NCBI GenBank assembly: GCA_016203225.1
Contig: JACQNC010000006.1
Span: 8,552-72,551, forward strand
Source: Candidatus Woesearchaeota archaeon
GTDB lineage: Archaea > Nanobdellota > Nanobdellia > Woesearchaeales > ARS49
Length of the DNA stretch: 64,000 nt
Reading direction: 5' to 3'
Below the pieces are notes generated by a model that ran no database searches, was not told the DNA's origin, and saw only the letters and a program-made list of their open reading frames with translations. This document shows positions 63,716 through 64,000 of this stretch, one piece after another (positions within the stretch are counted from its first letter, which is position 1; every line of letters starts with the position of its first letter). The translations under genes were made by a program, and so were the position numbers.

Positions 63716-64000
63716 ACCGCTCTATTATCCCTGCCGCCACTTCAGCGCCGGCCAGCTCTGTCGACTCCTCGCTAAAACGCCTCTTGAGACCGTCCAGATG
63801 CGCGAGGAACGATGCGACCGTCGCCACGTCGATCTTCGCAGCCATCCGGCCATAGCCCTCCTTCTCGAGCAGCAACGCGTTCAAGGTCTGCTCGAACTGC
63901 TTTGCCACCGGCTCCGCAAGAACGGGCTTGCCGAGCGTGACCGCCTCGCTGATGAGCGAATAGCCGCCGTTAGTGATGACCGCCTTGCAGGAGGCGATGT
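63624..64000 (-). CDS. glycosyltransferase, GT-B C-terminal domain (MurG/MGT-like), 5'-truncated by the window edge
   Basis: The reverse frame reads ...CKAVITNGGYSLISEAVTLGKPVLAEPVAKQFEQTLNALLLEKEGYG..., typical of GT28/GT1 donor-binding ends. The 3' tail overlaps gatE by about 90 nt. Confidence 0.55.
   Translation of the reverse strand, partial: IASCKAVITNGGYSLISEAVTLGKPVLAEPVAKQFEQTLNALLLEKEGYGRMAAKIDVATVASFLAHLDGLKRRFSEESTELAGAEVAAGIIERFIQRISSGVRRSSVPAPFRAGTPWPFQLKH

Overview
This is a compact, GC-rich archaeal chromosomal segment. Archaeal markers present are aIF5A, aIF5B, aRF1, L40e, L37Ae, RpoP, prefoldin beta, Orc1/Cdc6, GatD/GatE, CDC48, deoxyhypusine synthase, and an initiator tRNA with an A1:U72 pair. 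I could not assign a lineage from sequence alone. I support about 88 protein-coding genes, many coupled by 1-4 nt start/stop overlaps, and 7 tRNA genes: Pro-TGG, Gly-TCC, Ser-GCT, iMet-CAT, Val-CAC, Pro-CGG and Arg-CCG. I saw no rRNA, no CRISPR array and no recognisable transposase. Most genes look leaderless, with a TTTAWA-type TATA box centred about 27 nt upstream of the ATG. On that basis I shortened several six-frame ORF starts. The many long antisense ORFs look like GC-driven artefacts. The most interesting signal is not protein-coding. It is a dispersed family of structured intergenic elements with five clear copies (near 9.7, 14.6, 38.8, 45.8 and 53.4 kb) and one doubtful copy (11.5 kb). 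The copies share verbatim blocks (CACGATTGACGT, ATCGATTCGA, GCCACYACAAAC, CACGCCTGRGACGA), a closing stem and modular hairpin insertions. All lie in the same orientation on the + strand whatever the flanking gene direction, and each abuts the 3' end of a gene or tRNA. They could be an undescribed small-RNA family or an IS200/IS605-derived PATE-like mobile element. Other notable observations follow.
- A promoter-equipped tRNA-like minihelix sits upstream of tRNA-Pro(CGG) and copies its first 12 nt.
- Two protein genes start 1-3 nt after a tRNA.
- An OGFOD1/Tpa1-type prolyl hydroxylase is split into two genes.
- A free-standing LAGLIDADG gene in an AT-rich island runs into tRNA-Val.
- Four copies of a CAGAGAC half-site bracket the parvulin promoter.
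- Single TATA boxes sit exactly midway between divergent ATGs that are 54 bp apart.
All functional calls come from motif recognition by eye and need HMM or BLAST confirmation.
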